The notes beneath the pieces were generated by a model. It did not search any database, was not told the origin of the DNA, and saw only the letters and a program-made list of their open reading frames with translations. A stretch of 32,000 nt of DNA, taken from assembly GCF_000012805.1 (NCBI RefSeq), contig NC_007484.1, positions 2,790,001-2,822,000 on the forward strand, given 5' to 3'. The translations under genes and the position numbers were made by a program. The stretch's first letter is position 1; every line of letters starts with the position of its first letter. The DNA comes from Nitrosococcus oceani ATCC 19707. Lineage in GTDB: Bacteria; Pseudomonadota; Gammaproteobacteria; Nitrosococcales; Nitrosococcaceae. Below are positions 16,539 to 25,891 of the stretch, piece after piece.

Positions 16539-18335
16539 TCAAGGTTTTTTCCCCACCTTCAACACAGCCAAAAACGCTTCCTGAGGGATTTCTACAGATC
16601 CCACTTGTTTCATGCGCTTTTTACCTGCTTTCTGCTTTTCTAATAGCTTGCGTTTACGGGTAATATCGCCGCCATAGCATTTCGCTGTCACGTTTTTACG
16701 CAAAGCTTTAACGGTAGTGCGCGCCACAATATGAGCGCCAATTGCCGCTTGAATAGCTACATCAAATAGCTGCCGGGGGATCAGCTCTCTCATCTTTTCA
16801 GCTAATTCTCGCCCTCGATAGTGCGCCTGATTCCGGTGGACAATCAGTGAGAGCGCATCCACCCGCTCGCCATTAATCAGCAAATCTAATTTAACCAAAT
16901 CCGCAGACTGGAAGCGTGAGAAATGGTAATCTAGGGAAGCGTAACCACGACTCACTGACTTGAGGCGTTCAAAGAAATCCAACACCACTTCGCTGAGTGG
17001 CAATTCATAATTCAATGAAATCTGATTCCCCAAATACTGGAGCTGTTTTTGTGTTCCGCGCTTCTCTTCACATAGGCCGATGACTGCTCCCACATACTGC
17101 TGAGGCACCAAAATATCTGCCTGGATAATGGGTTCACGAACCTCGGCAACCTGTCCCGGTTCAGGCAAAATAGAGGGATTGTCTATGCGTAAAACCTCAC
17201 CCTTGGAAGTCAACACTTGATATACTACGGTCGGTGCCGTCGTGATTAAATTTAGACTATATTCCCGCTCCAAGCGCTCCTGTATAATCTCCATATGAAG
17301 CATACCCAGGAAGCCGCAACGGAAACCAAACCCTAAAGCTTGGGACGTCTCTGGTTCATAGAATAAAGCAGCATCATTAAGACGAAGTTTAGCAAGCGCC
17401 TCTCGAAGATCCTCATAATCATCTGAGTCGACAGGAAACAAGCCTGCAAAAACTTGAGGCTTCACAGCTTTAAATCCTGGCAGCGCTTTAGTGGCAAACT
17501 GCTCAACGTGAGTCACCGTATCCCCCACCGGTGCCCCATCCACATCCTTGATTCCTGCAATTATATACCCCACTCCGCCTGTGAGAAGCTGTTCCACTTC
17601 CCTGCGTTTAGGCGTAAATAACCCCGCCTTCTCTACCCGATAGTGCTGGCCCGTAGACATAATTTTAATTTTATCTTTAGGTTTAAGGCAGCCATCTACC
17701 ACCCGCACCAGAGAAATGACTCCCAAATAATTATCAAACCAGGAATCGATAATAAGCGCCCGCAAAGGCGATGCTGGATCACCCTGGGGCGGAGGAACGC
17801 GAGCAACTAAAGCTGCTAGAAGCTCTTCGATCCCTTGTCCTGTTTTAGCGCTTACCTGCAGAGCGTCGCTAGCATCCAATCCGATAATCTCTTCAATTTC
17901 TTGGCACACCCGCTCTGGCTCTGCCGAAGGGAGATCGATCTTATTAAGAACAGGTACCACCTCTAAACCCTGCTCAATCGCTGTATAGCAATTAGCAACA
18001 CTCTGGGCCTCAACGCCTTGAGAAGCATCCACCACCAGCAAGGCCCCCTCGCAGGCAGCCAGTGAACGAGACACTTCATAGGAAAAATCCACATGTCCCG
18101 GTGTATCAATAAAGTTGAGGTGATAAACTTCTCCATTCCGCCCACAGTAGTTTAAGGAAACACTCTGGGCTTTGATAGTAATGCCTCGCTCACGCTCAAG
18201 ATCCATAGAATCCAGCACTTGCTGAGCCATCTCACGTTTACTCAAGCCACCACATATCTGAATGAAACGGTCAGCGATCGTCGACTTGCCATGATCAATA
18301 TGGGCAATAATAGAAAAATTTCGAATATTTTTCAT
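16539..18335 (-). CDS. lepA: Elongation factor 4 (LepA)
   Basis: From ATG 18335 the N-terminus [19 protein letters not shown] matches the canonical LepA start. The ORF track extends 8 codons further, to 18359. A C-terminal LepA_C domain is present. Confidence 0.95.
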   Translation of the reverse strand: MKNIRNFSIIAHIDHGKSTIADRFIQICGGLSKREMAQQVLDSMDLERERGITIKAQSVSLNYCGRNGEVYHLNFIDTPGHVDFSYEVSRSLAACEGALLVVDASQGVEAQSVANCYTAIEQGLEVVPVLNKIDLPSAEPERVCQEIEEIIGLDASDALQVSAKTGQGIEELLAALVARVPPPQGDPASPLRALIIDSWFDNYLGVISLVRVVDGCLKPKDKIKIMSTGQHYRVEKAGLFTPKRREVEQLLTGGVGYIIAGIKDVDGAPVGDTVTHVEQFATKALPGFKAVKPQVFAGLFPVDSDDYEDLREALAKLRLNDAALFYEPETSQALGFGFRCGFLGMLHMEIIQERLEREYSLNLITTAPTVVYQVLTSKGEVLRIDNPSILPEPGQVAEVREPIIQADILVPQQYVGAVIGLCEEKRGTQKQLQYLGNQISLNYELPLSEVVLDFFERLKSVSRGYASLDYHFSRFQSADLVKLDLLINGERVDALSLIVHRNQAHYRGRELAEKMRELIPRQLFDVAIQAAIGAHIVARTTVKALRKNVTAKCYGGDITRKRKLLEKQKAGKKRMKQVGSVEIPQEAFLAVLKVGKKP

Positions 18336-18436
18336 GCTGTGGCTAATAGACAAGCCCATCGGCTATAAAACAGAATAGAGATCGAGAATCCTCTCCCGAA
18401 AAGCCGCTTGCATTATACAAACAGCAAGGGAGTTAC

Positions 18437-19852
18437 TCAGCTCCCCTCTGGAATGGTGATGGCGATAAAAGAGGTGGTCTGCTCTCGTTGTAATAAAAGA
18501 GGCACTGCCTTACCCGCAGGCAATTTTTTAGCAAGCTCTTTGAACTGGGCAGTATCCTTTATCTCCGTATTGTTAATACTAAGAATAATATCCCCATGCC
18601 GAATTCCCGCCTCGAAGGCGGGCCCTTCTTCTACTTTCGTCACTCGCACACCAGAGACCACATCAAGCTGTGTACGCTCCTCTTTTTTCAAGTCGGCTAT
18701 CTCAAGCGCAAGTCGCTCCTCAAATATATGATCCGGTTTCCCTGTTGCCTTCTCCAATTCCTTTTTTTCTGGCAGCTCTCCAATTTTAATTTTGAGTGTT
18801 TTTTCATCACCAGCACGTAAAATTTGGATGTCAACCGTCTCACCAATCTCGGCTCGCCCCACCAGTGGCGGCAAGGCCGCTGACCGAGGCACTGATTTTC
18901 CATTAAAATCCAGGATAATATCGCCCACTTGGACTCCTCCCTTAGCGGCTGGGCTATCCGCTAAGACCCTGGCTACCAGAGCCCCTTGAGGTTTCCCAAG
19001 CCCAAATGATTCTGCCAACTCACGGGTAACATCCTGAATCACAACCCCCAGCCATCCTCGAGTCACCCGTCCTTTTTCCTTGAGTTGATCCACGACCTCC
19101 ATGGCTACATCAATAGGTATAGCAAAAGAAAGCCCCATGAAACCGCCTGTACGGCTGTAGATCTGAGAGTTGATACCCACTACTTCCCCCATTAAGTTAA
19201 AGAGAGGGCCGCCTGAATTTCCTGGGTTAATAGCCACATCAGTTTGAATAAACGGAACATAGCTCTCCTCCGGCAAACTCCTTCCTAAAGCACTAACAAT
19301 GCCCGCTGTGGCCGAATGCTCGAAACCAAAGGGCGAACCTATGGCAAGCACCCATTCGCCAACCTTAAGCTGACTGGCATTGCTTTGCCTCAGAGTAGGT
19401 AGATCTTTTGCTTCTACTTTTAGCAGGGCAAGATCGCTACTCTCGTCACTCCCTACAACTTCGGCTTCCAGCTCTCTTCGGTCGCTAAAGCGCACGATAA
19501 TCTCATCTGCATCCTGGATGACGTGATTATTCGTGATAATGTACCCATCCGATGAAATAACAAAACCTGATCCTAAAGAATGGGTTTCAAAGCTCCGGGG
19601 TTCACCCGTTCCCTCGTCAAAAAAGCGGCGAAAAAAATCCTCAAAGGGACTACCCTCTGGTAATTGGTGTAACCCGTGTGGCAAACGGGAGCCGCCTTGA
19701 GTGATTTTCTGGGTAGTGCTGATATTAACCACCGCAGGACTATTATTTTTCACCAATTCAGTAAAATCAGGCAACCCTGCGGCCTGCCCAGTCACGGCAA
19801 TCAGTAGCGATATCGCCAAGAGGGCCCATTGTTTGTTCAAAAAACGCTTCAT
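18437..19852 (-). CDS. degP: Periplasmic serine endoprotease DegP/MucD (trypsin domain + 2 PDZ)
   Basis: It has a signal peptide MKRFLNKQWALLAISLLIAVTGQAA, catalytic contexts TNNHV and GNSGGPL, and two PDZ regions. ATG 19852 is preceded by GGGAG. The ORF-track start at 19864 is a TTG upstream of that SD. Confidence 0.9.
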   Translation of the reverse strand: MKRFLNKQWALLAISLLIAVTGQAAGLPDFTELVKNNSPAVVNISTTQKITQGGSRLPHGLHQLPEGSPFEDFFRRFFDEGTGEPRSFETHSLGSGFVISSDGYIITNNHVIQDADEIIVRFSDRRELEAEVVGSDESSDLALLKVEAKDLPTLRQSNASQLKVGEWVLAIGSPFGFEHSATAGIVSALGRSLPEESYVPFIQTDVAINPGNSGGPLFNLMGEVVGINSQIYSRTGGFMGLSFAIPIDVAMEVVDQLKEKGRVTRGWLGVVIQDVTRELAESFGLGKPQGALVARVLADSPAAKGGVQVGDIILDFNGKSVPRSAALPPLVGRAEIGETVDIQILRAGDEKTLKIKIGELPEKKELEKATGKPDHIFEERLALEIADLKKEERTQLDVVSGVRVTKVEEGPAFEAGIRHGDIILSINNTEIKDTAQFKELAKKLPAGKAVPLLLQREQTTSFIAITIPEGS

Positions 19853-20012
19853 GCTAACTCCCAATATTTGCCGCGTTAAGTTAAAGGGTATGATTTGACA
19901 AGGAAAAAAATGATAGGGGGATAAAACTTAGCCAAAAGATAAAGAGCCTCGCAGATTTAGCTTAAGCTAATATTTTACTATCCCATTCAATCCATAGGAT
20001 CTGATTTTTATA

Positions 20013-20453
20013 CTACCTTTGTCTACCTACGGTACGCAGGATTTTAGGCTCAAGGTCAGGCCCCATCCGCATATACCTCACCCCTAACAACCCTCCTGCC
20101 AATCCCCCAAGCCCCAACAGTACCTCTAAACCTTCATTACCCCCAAAATGTGGCGCCAGAGTTCCGCCTAGCCCTGCACCTAACAGCATCGCTAACAAGG
20201 GTACCATGTAGAGCAAGAAAGAGCCTTGGAGAAAAGCTTTTTCAGGAAGGCCCACAATCACCCTATCCCCTGCCTCCGCCCCCACCGGATTAGAAGCCTT
20301 TACCATTATGGGTTTTATCATCAAATACTTGGCAATAGATCCCGTGCCGCATCCTTGACTCAAGGTACAACCATGGCAGCTAGTACGACGCTCCGCCTCC
20401 ACCCAGGCATAGGTTTCACTTTTTACGATCACTTGTGCGCTTGCTTCAACCAT
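20013..20453 (-). CDS. rseC: RseC/MucC-family protein (sigma-E regulatory / SoxR-reducing system component)
   Basis: 146 aa. It has an N-terminal Cys cluster (CHGCTLSQGCG) followed by two TM helices. Its position is directly after rseB. Confidence 0.8.
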   Translation of the reverse strand: MVEASAQVIVKSETYAWVEAERRTSCHGCTLSQGCGTGSIAKYLMIKPIMVKASNPVGAEAGDRVIVGLPEKAFLQGSFLLYMVPLLAMLLGAGLGGTLAPHFGGNEGLEVLLGLGGLAGGLLGVRYMRMGPDLEPKILRTVGRQR

Positions 20454-20463
20454 GGCTCAAGGC

Positions 20464-21516
20464 TTAATCGGTATTGGAACTTAGATAACGAATAGATTTA
20501 CCCATCCGCTCCACGGTTATATGAGGAACCTCCCCCACCAGCGTTAGGTAATGGAGTGCTTGAATAGTACCATAGGCATTGACTGCTCCCATGCTTGAAA
20601 ATCCACTTAAATGGCTCCGCTTAGTATGCCTTACAGGCTCAATAAATATGGACACCGAACTTAACCCATCCGAATAAACCATATGTTCTACGGGCGCTTG
20701 GCTATTGGGCAATAAGTCTCTGCTGTGGGCCACGAGAGCAAACCCCGCAGGAAGCCAGCCGATCTTCCACTTACTTTCATGATTATCCGGGTCCATACTC
20801 AGAGATTCACCTTCCCGCCATGAAAACTCCCTTCCCGCTACCGTCGGCACCAGTTCGGTATCAGGAATTTTCGCAGGCAGCAAAAGCGAAGTAAACATCA
20901 TCTGCTCGAGAATCTGCCCCCCATCTTCAGTCATAACAGTCTTCAGTAATAGCCCCGTCTCCCTATCTATCCATAAGTGATAGCCATAGCGATACTGATC
21001 TCTGGGAACAATGACAACCTGTTGCGTTTCTCTTCCCGCGATTCGATCCGGCTTTCCGAGGGAGAACTGGTAATGCTCCCGCATGGCCTTCAGCTTAGCA
21101 GGTAATCGCCTGGAAAGACCATTATTGCTGCGAAAACTCTTGCTCCTGGCAACGACTGCTTTATCCGGGTAGCGGTGTTCATCCACCAATACAGCCTTAT
21201 CCTCAGGGAGGATACAAGTAACTAGCTCATTATTGCGGATAATCTCCCGAGGCATACCATTTAAAGAAACCAGGCGCTCGTGCTCCCCATACTCGTCTAC
21301 TTTATGAATCACCTGGACTGCTTTGAGTCGGCTATTCTGCAAATAAACGAAAACACCCTGGTAATTAAGGGATTCTGCCGCCTTCCCCATTCTATCAATG
21401 AGTTGTAACGCAGTATCGGAGCTTTTCCCTAGGGAAGCGGATGGAAGCGATGTGGCCAAAATCGTTAAGAGGAGAGTGCAGAAAAATCTCTGGAAGTGCT
21501 TAGCGGGAGCTTTCAT
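20464..21516 (-). CDS. rseB: Sigma-E regulatory protein RseB/MucB
   Basis: It is a periplasmic protein. From ATG 21516 the N-terminus MKAPAKHFQRFFCTLLLTILATSLPSASLG is a good signal peptide. The MucB/RseB assignment rests mainly on synteny (after rseA, before rseC) and on size. The start is uncertain: the ORF is open to 21561, and the chosen start overlaps the rseA 3' end by 17 nt. Confidence 0.8.
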   Translation of the reverse strand: MKAPAKHFQRFFCTLLLTILATSLPSASLGKSSDTALQLIDRMGKAAESLNYQGVFVYLQNSRLKAVQVIHKVDEYGEHERLVSLNGMPREIIRNNELVTCILPEDKAVLVDEHRYPDKAVVARSKSFRSNNGLSRRLPAKLKAMREHYQFSLGKPDRIAGRETQQVVIVPRDQYRYGYHLWIDRETGLLLKTVMTEDGGQILEQMMFTSLLLPAKIPDTELVPTVAGREFSWREGESLSMDPDNHESKWKIGWLPAGFALVAHSRDLLPNSQAPVEHMVYSDGLSSVSIFIEPVRHTKRSHLSGFSSMGAVNAYGTIQALHYLTLVGEVPHITVERMGKSIRYLSSNTD

Positions 21517-22087
21517 AGGATACGATACGTCCATAGCGAAGCATACCCGGCATATCAACATATTCAGTATGGTTAACCAAATAAGTATTCAGACGCTCTT
21601 TGACGTCAGGCTCAAGGACCGCCCAATGGCGGCTATTTTTCTGAAGGGGCGCGATTTCGGGACTTGAACTAACTGGCAAGGTAGTAGCTATTTGAGATTG
21701 CGATATTAATGGCTTACTGGCTAGCGACTGTATTCCTAGTACAGCAACTGCGCTTAACGACGCCGCTAGCGCAAGACCGGCCCCATACCGCCACTTTTGT
21801 CGTAACTGCCTGGAAATATCGGTCCCGCGATGCTTTTCTGCCAGTAGTAGAGGAGGTTCATTATCCAAAATCTGGGAGACTCGCCTCGCTAAATCATAGC
21901 GAGAAGCCCCTGGCAGATGACCTTGCAGGGAGTCTCGGACTAAGTGATAGTTTTCCCAACGCCTACGCACCTCTTCCTGGGTCTTAAATGCCTGGAGCAC
22001 GGATTGTATCTCTTCAGATGGAAGCTCTCCATCCATTAAAGCCGAGAGTTGTTCATTAAGTTCATCATTCATCACGATTCCAACCAT
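21500..22087 (-). CDS. rseA: Anti-sigma-E factor RseA/MucA
   Basis: 195 aa. It has the N-terminal sigma-binding motif EQLSALMDGEL...RRRWENYHLVRDSL, a central TM segment (GAGLALAASLSAVAVLG) and a periplasmic C-terminal domain. An alternative start at ATG 22072 (MNDELNEQLSALMDGE) is plausible. Confidence 0.8.
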   Translation of the reverse strand: MVGIVMNDELNEQLSALMDGELPSEEIQSVLQAFKTQEEVRRRWENYHLVRDSLQGHLPGASRYDLARRVSQILDNEPPLLLAEKHRGTDISRQLRQKWRYGAGLALAASLSAVAVLGIQSLASKPLISQSQIATTLPVSSSPEIAPLQKNSRHWAVLEPDVKERLNTYLVNHTEYVDMPGMLRYGRIVSYESSR

Positions 22088-22128
22088 CCATAATCCATTA
22101 GTTTAAGACCTAAATATCTTTAAAGTAA

Positions 22129-22707
22129 TTAATAAGCTAAAAGAGGTTTAACCTTTTCGTCGATAGCTTCTCGCGCTCGGAAAATGCGCGAGCGCACGGT
22201 CCCAATAGGACAATCCATCGCTTCAGCAATTTCCGCGTAGCTCATAGCTTCGAATTCGCGCAAAATAATCGCCACACGTAACTCATCCGGTAATCCCTCG
22301 ATGGTCTCGTTGATTGTCTTCTCGATTTCATCACGTAGCAGCAAATTTTCGGGTGTGGCATACTCCTTTAGTACCGTTTCTGCTGCATACTGTTCCGCAT
22401 CTTTTGCATCAATGTCATTCTCAGGGGGACGGCGGCTTTGAGCTACGAGATAATTCTTGGAGGTATTGATGGCAATGCGATATAACCAGGTATAAAACGC
22501 ACTTTCCCCCCGGAAGCGGGGTAAAGCCCGGTAAGCTTTAATGAAAGCTTCTTGGGCTACATCTAAGGCTTCCCCAGGATCGTGGATATAACGGGAAATA
22601 AGCCTTAAAATTTTCCGTTGATACTTGAGAACCAGCATGTCAAATGCTTTTTTATCTCCGCGCTGCACGCGCCGTACCAATTCGCCATCAACCTGCTTGT
22701 CGCTCAT
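22129..22707 (-). CDS. rpoE: ECF RNA polymerase sigma factor RpoE/AlgU
   Basis: 192 aa. Region 2 is DVAQEAFIKAYRALPRFRGESAFYTWLYRIAINT and region 4 is SYAEIAEAMDCPIGTVRSRIFRAREAI. It is divergent from nadB, as in enteric and pseudomonad genomes. Confidence 0.95.
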   Translation of the reverse strand: MSDKQVDGELVRRVQRGDKKAFDMLVLKYQRKILRLISRYIHDPGEALDVAQEAFIKAYRALPRFRGESAFYTWLYRIAINTSKNYLVAQSRRPPENDIDAKDAEQYAAETVLKEYATPENLLLRDEIEKTINETIEGLPDELRVAIILREFEAMSYAEIAEAMDCPIGTVRSRIFRAREAIDEKVKPLLAY

Positions 22708-22753
22708 TCCGGCCCGCCTATCCCACTGGAGAGCGGCTTAAGCTGTCAAAATC

Positions 22754-22780
22754 ATAGACAGCTACGTTATCGAGTAGTTC
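22754..22780 (-). promoter_or_regulatory. Putative sigma-E-type autoregulated promoter of rpoE
   Basis: The minus strand reads GAACTA, then a 16-nt spacer (ctcgataacgtagctg), then TCTAT, about 47 nt upstream of the rpoE ATG. This resembles the GGAACTT-N16-TCTAA/TCAAA consensus. The -10 is embedded in a 7-bp inverted repeat AGCTGTC...GACAGCT (22741-22763). This is sequence similarity only. Confidence 0.35.
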
Positions 22781-22872
22781 GTATCTCATAATTCGCCGAT
22801 TAAACTGTTGAGTAATTTATTATTCTGACCTGTTTTGCACCTACGTGCTAGAGAACAAGCCAAAAATTCCCT

Positions 22873-24492
22873 ATGAACACCTTTAATCCTATGACTCATA
22901 ACTATGATGTGCTGATCATCGGTAGCGGCTCTGCAGGCTTAACATTGGCCTTACACCTAACTTCTAAAGCTCGAATCGCCATCCTCTCCAAACGCACCCT
23001 AGAAGAAGGGGCCAGCCTCTATGCTCAAGGCGGCATCTCCGTTGCCCTCGATAAGAACGATTCCACCAAATCCCACATCGAGGATACCTTACGGGTGGGG
23101 GCTGGCCTGTGCGACGAAACAGCCGCCCGCTTCACGGTTGAGCAGGCCCGCGAGGCCATACACTGGTTGATTGCAGAAGGGACTGCTTTCACCCGCGATA
23201 GCAGTGGAGGCTCCGGCTACCATCTTACCCGGGAAGGCGGCCACAGTCACCGCCGAGTCATTCATGCAGCTGACGCCACCGGCCGGGTAGTAGAAACTAA
23301 ACTGGTTCAGCTCGCTAAAGCGCGATCTAACATTGAAATATTCGAAAACTACGTAGCTATTGAACTGATCACCAACCATAAACTAGGCCGAGACAGCAAC
23401 CAATGCTTGGGAGCCTATGCCTTAAACCGGGTCCAGGGCCAGGTAGATACCTTTAGCGCCCGCTGTGTAATTCTTGCTACCGGTGGCACCGGCAAAGTCT
23501 ATCTTTATACGAGCAATCCAGATGTTTGTACGGGCGACGGGATCGCTATGGGCTGGCGTGCTGGCTGCCGGGTGGCCAACATGGAATTTATTCAATTCCA
23601 TCCAACCTGTCTCTACCATCCCCACGCTAAGTCTTTCTTAATTACAGAAGCACTGCGCGGAGAAGGCGGACGATTGCTGCTGCCTAATGGCAGCCCCTTT
23701 ATGCACCGTTTCGACCGGCGTGGAGAACTCGCCCCCCGCGACATCGTGGCCCGAGCCATCGATCATGAAATGAAACGTTTGGGCATTGATTGCGTATATC
23801 TGGATATCAGCCATAAACCAGCAGCGTTTATCCGCCAACACTTTCCTAACGTCTATGCTCACTGCTTAGAATTTGGCATCAATATCACCCAAGCACCTAT
23901 TCCAGTCGTTCCCGCTGCCCATTATACTTGTGGTGGCATAGTCACGGATTTACGCGGACAAACCGATCTTAAAAATCTCTATGCAATCGGCGAAACGGCT
24001 CATACCGGACTCCATGGAGCCAACCGCATGGCCAGTAATTCTTTGCTAGAATGCCTAGTTTTTGCCCGGGCTGCTGCTCAGGATATTAACGCCCGGCTCG
24101 CGGGAATTTCACAGGCCGAATCTTTACCTCCTTGGGATGAAAGTCAGGTAATTGATTCTGAAGAAGAAATTGTCGTTGCCCATAATTGGGATGAATTGCG
24201 GCGCTTTATGTGGGATTACGTGGGGATCGTGCGGACGGTAAAACGTTTGCAACGGGCTCAGCACCGGATCGATTTATTGCATCAAGAAATCGCCGAATAT
24301 TATGGAAATTTCCGAATTACCAACGATCTTATCGAGCTACGCAACCTAGTAGTGGTTGCCGATCTTATCATCCGCTCAGCTCTAGAGCGCAAAGAGAGCC
24401 GAGGATTACATTATATCTTGGATTACCCGCAAAAAAATTCCGTGACGAAGAACACCGTTTTAATTCCTCCCAGCAAAGCACAAACCAGCTAA
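22873..24492 (+). CDS. nadB: L-aspartate oxidase
   Basis: 539 aa. It has the FAD-binding N-terminus YDVLIIGSGSAGL and the motifs AQGGI and HPT..Y....FLITEALRGEGG.L typical of the fumarate reductase/aspartate oxidase family. It is divergent from rpoE. Confidence 0.95.
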   Translation: MNTFNPMTHNYDVLIIGSGSAGLTLALHLTSKARIAILSKRTLEEGASLYAQGGISVALDKNDSTKSHIEDTLRVGAGLCDETAARFTVEQAREAIHWLIAEGTAFTRDSSGGSGYHLTREGGHSHRRVIHAADATGRVVETKLVQLAKARSNIEIFENYVAIELITNHKLGRDSNQCLGAYALNRVQGQVDTFSARCVILATGGTGKVYLYTSNPDVCTGDGIAMGWRAGCRVANMEFIQFHPTCLYHPHAKSFLITEALRGEGGRLLLPNGSPFMHRFDRRGELAPRDIVARAIDHEMKRLGIDCVYLDISHKPAAFIRQHFPNVYAHCLEFGINITQAPIPVVPAAHYTCGGIVTDLRGQTDLKNLYAIGETAHTGLHGANRMASNSLLECLVFARAAAQDINARLAGISQAESLPPWDESQVIDSEEEIVVAHNWDELRRFMWDYVGIVRTVKRLQRAQHRIDLLHQEIAEYYGNFRITNDLIELRNLVVVADLIIRSALERKESRGLHYILDYPQKNSVTKNTVLIPPSKAQTS

Positions 24493-24505
24493 TAGGCGGT
24501 TGCAA

Positions 24506-24949
24506 TTAAGAGCAAGAGATCCGCAAACGTACCCGCAGCCGCCGCAGAGATTCCGGATCCACATTGTCTGATAACAAAACGACGCTTGTCCGCTGCCACC
24601 AAGCCCCAAGCACAAAATTCAGCACCACAAGACGAGATCCCACAAAACAACCCGGTAATAGCTTACCTATATACTCCCTACCATTGCGCCGGCGTAAATA
24701 CCAAACATTATCGCTATCCCAGAAAATCTGGACAACCGCCTTCGAACTTAATAACAGGGCCTGACCACGTAAGCTTAGGTAAAAACTGGCAATAACCGCA
24801 CTACTCAAAAGTATACTCAGCTCCCAAGAGAGTGCTAGCCTAGGAAGAAGCGCCAGTACCCCACCGTGGACAGCAACCAGATAAACAACCAAAGTACGGG
24901 AGGGGTAGCGTTTAAGATAAAGCGGCGCGGCGTATTTTGGCGATGACAT
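24506..24949 (-). CDS. ygfX: YgfX(CptA)/DUF1434-like inner-membrane protein
   Basis: 147 aa with two N-proximal hydrophobic helices (LVVYLVAVHGGVLALL and LSILLSSAVIASFYL) and an Arg-rich C-terminus ESLRRLRVRLR. It sits immediately after sdhE, as in the E. coli sdhE-ygfX pair. It is the only ATG-initiated reading of this frame and overlaps sdhE by 38 nt. Confidence 0.55.
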   Translation of the reverse strand: MSSPKYAAPLYLKRYPSRTLVVYLVAVHGGVLALLPRLALSWELSILLSSAVIASFYLSLRGQALLLSSKAVVQIFWDSDNVWYLRRRNGREYIGKLLPGCFVGSRLVVLNFVLGAWWQRTSVVLLSDNVDPESLRRLRVRLRISCS

Positions 24950-25160
24950 TAGCAGTCACAGGATCGGGATGAGGTTCTTCACCCAGGCAATATCGCCATA
25001 GATCCGGATCTGAATGGTACAAAAGTGTTTCAAACGCTCTCTTCTCTTCATCAGGAATGCTTTCATAAGAAATTTCCAAAAAATTCCCCAGCAGGAGATC
25101 CAATTCCAACAGCCCGCGCCGACAGCGCCAACGCAAACGATGAAGGGAATGCTTCGACAT
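24912..25160 (-). CDS. sdhE: FAD assembly factor SdhE (YgfY/DUF339)
   Basis: 82 aa. LRWRCRRGLLELDLLL contains the family RGxxE motif. The size and the position downstream of sdhB are consistent. Confidence 0.85.
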   Translation of the reverse strand: MSKHSLHRLRWRCRRGLLELDLLLGNFLEISYESIPDEEKRAFETLLYHSDPDLWRYCLGEEPHPDPVTANVIAKIRRAALS

Positions 25161-25170
25161 GGTCCAAAGA

Positions 25171-25866
25171 TTAAATAGAATCCTTCATCATCCGATGCTT
25201 GAGACGGCTAATGGCTTCCGCAGGATTAAGGTTTTTCGGACAAACATCAGCGCAGTTCATAATGGTATGGCAACGGAACAGCTTATAGGCGTCATCCAAT
25301 TCCGATAAACGCTCTTCCGTCGCTTGATCCCGGTTGTCCGCCACAAAACGGTTAACCCATAGTAAAGCAGCTGGTCCCCGGAATTTTTCCGGGTTCCACC
25401 ACCAAGAAGGGCAAGCAGTAGAGCAACAGGCACAAAGAATACATTCATAGAGACCATCCAGCTGCTTTCGCTCCTCCGGGGATTGCAGGAATTCAACTTC
25501 CGGCAGCGGATCTTCCCGGATCAGCCAAGGCTTGACGGCCCGATACTGCTGGTAAAACTGGCTCAGATCTACCACCAGATCGCGAATGACTGGTCTGCCA
25601 GGTAAAGGACGTAACGCTACGGGTTCCTTGAGGCTCGCCAGTGGCGTAATACAGGCTAAACCATTCCGGCCATTGATATTCATTCCATCGGAGCCACATA
25701 CTCCCTCTCCGCAGGAGCGGCGGAAGGCAAGACTTTCATCCTGCGCCCGGATTTCCTCCAGCGCGTCCAATAACATCATATCCGGCTGAATTTCGGCCAG
25801 CTCGTAATCTTGCATATAAGGTTTAGTATCAGTTTCCGGGTTATAACGATAAATACGAAAACGCAT
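25171..25866 (-). CDS. sdhB: Succinate dehydrogenase iron-sulfur subunit
   Basis: 231 aa. The Cys clusters are CGEGVCGSDGMNINGRNGLAC (2Fe-2S), CILCACCSTACPSWWWN and CHTIMNCADVCPKNLNP. Confidence 0.95.
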   Translation of the reverse strand: MRFRIYRYNPETDTKPYMQDYELAEIQPDMMLLDALEEIRAQDESLAFRRSCGEGVCGSDGMNINGRNGLACITPLASLKEPVALRPLPGRPVIRDLVVDLSQFYQQYRAVKPWLIREDPLPEVEFLQSPEERKQLDGLYECILCACCSTACPSWWWNPEKFRGPAALLWVNRFVADNRDQATEERLSELDDAYKLFRCHTIMNCADVCPKNLNPAEAISRLKHRMMKDSI

Positions 25867-25891
25867 GATATCTCACCCTCTCCTAACGGGT

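Noticed and set aside
16212-16643. 143-aa plus-strand ORF spanning the lepB start, the intergenic region and the lepA end
   Set aside because: It is antisense to two strongly supported genes and has no SD or motif. It is a shadow ORF.
18412-18417. Perfect TATAAT on the minus strand between degP and lepA as a lepA promoter
   Set aside because: There is no acceptable -35 or extended -10 (TGn) at the right spacing. A lone hexamer is not enough to call a promoter. lepA may simply be co-transcribed with degP.
18408-18731. 107-aa plus-strand ORF antisense to the degP 3' end
   Set aside because: It is antisense to the second PDZ domain of a well-supported protease gene and has no independent support.
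19957-19970. Perfect 14-bp palindrome TTAGCTTAAGCTAA between rseC and degP
   Set aside because: The expected number of perfect 14-bp palindromes in 32 kb is about 2 (32,000/4^7). It is AT-rich and has no flanking extension, so it cannot be distinguished from chance without comparative data.
24506-25160. Interpreting sdhE and ygfX as a CptB/CptA toxin-antitoxin or defence module
   Set aside because: The pair is a conserved chromosomal housekeeping locus, and here it is embedded in the sdh operon. The context argues for SDH maturation rather than a mobile TA or defence function, and it is not new.
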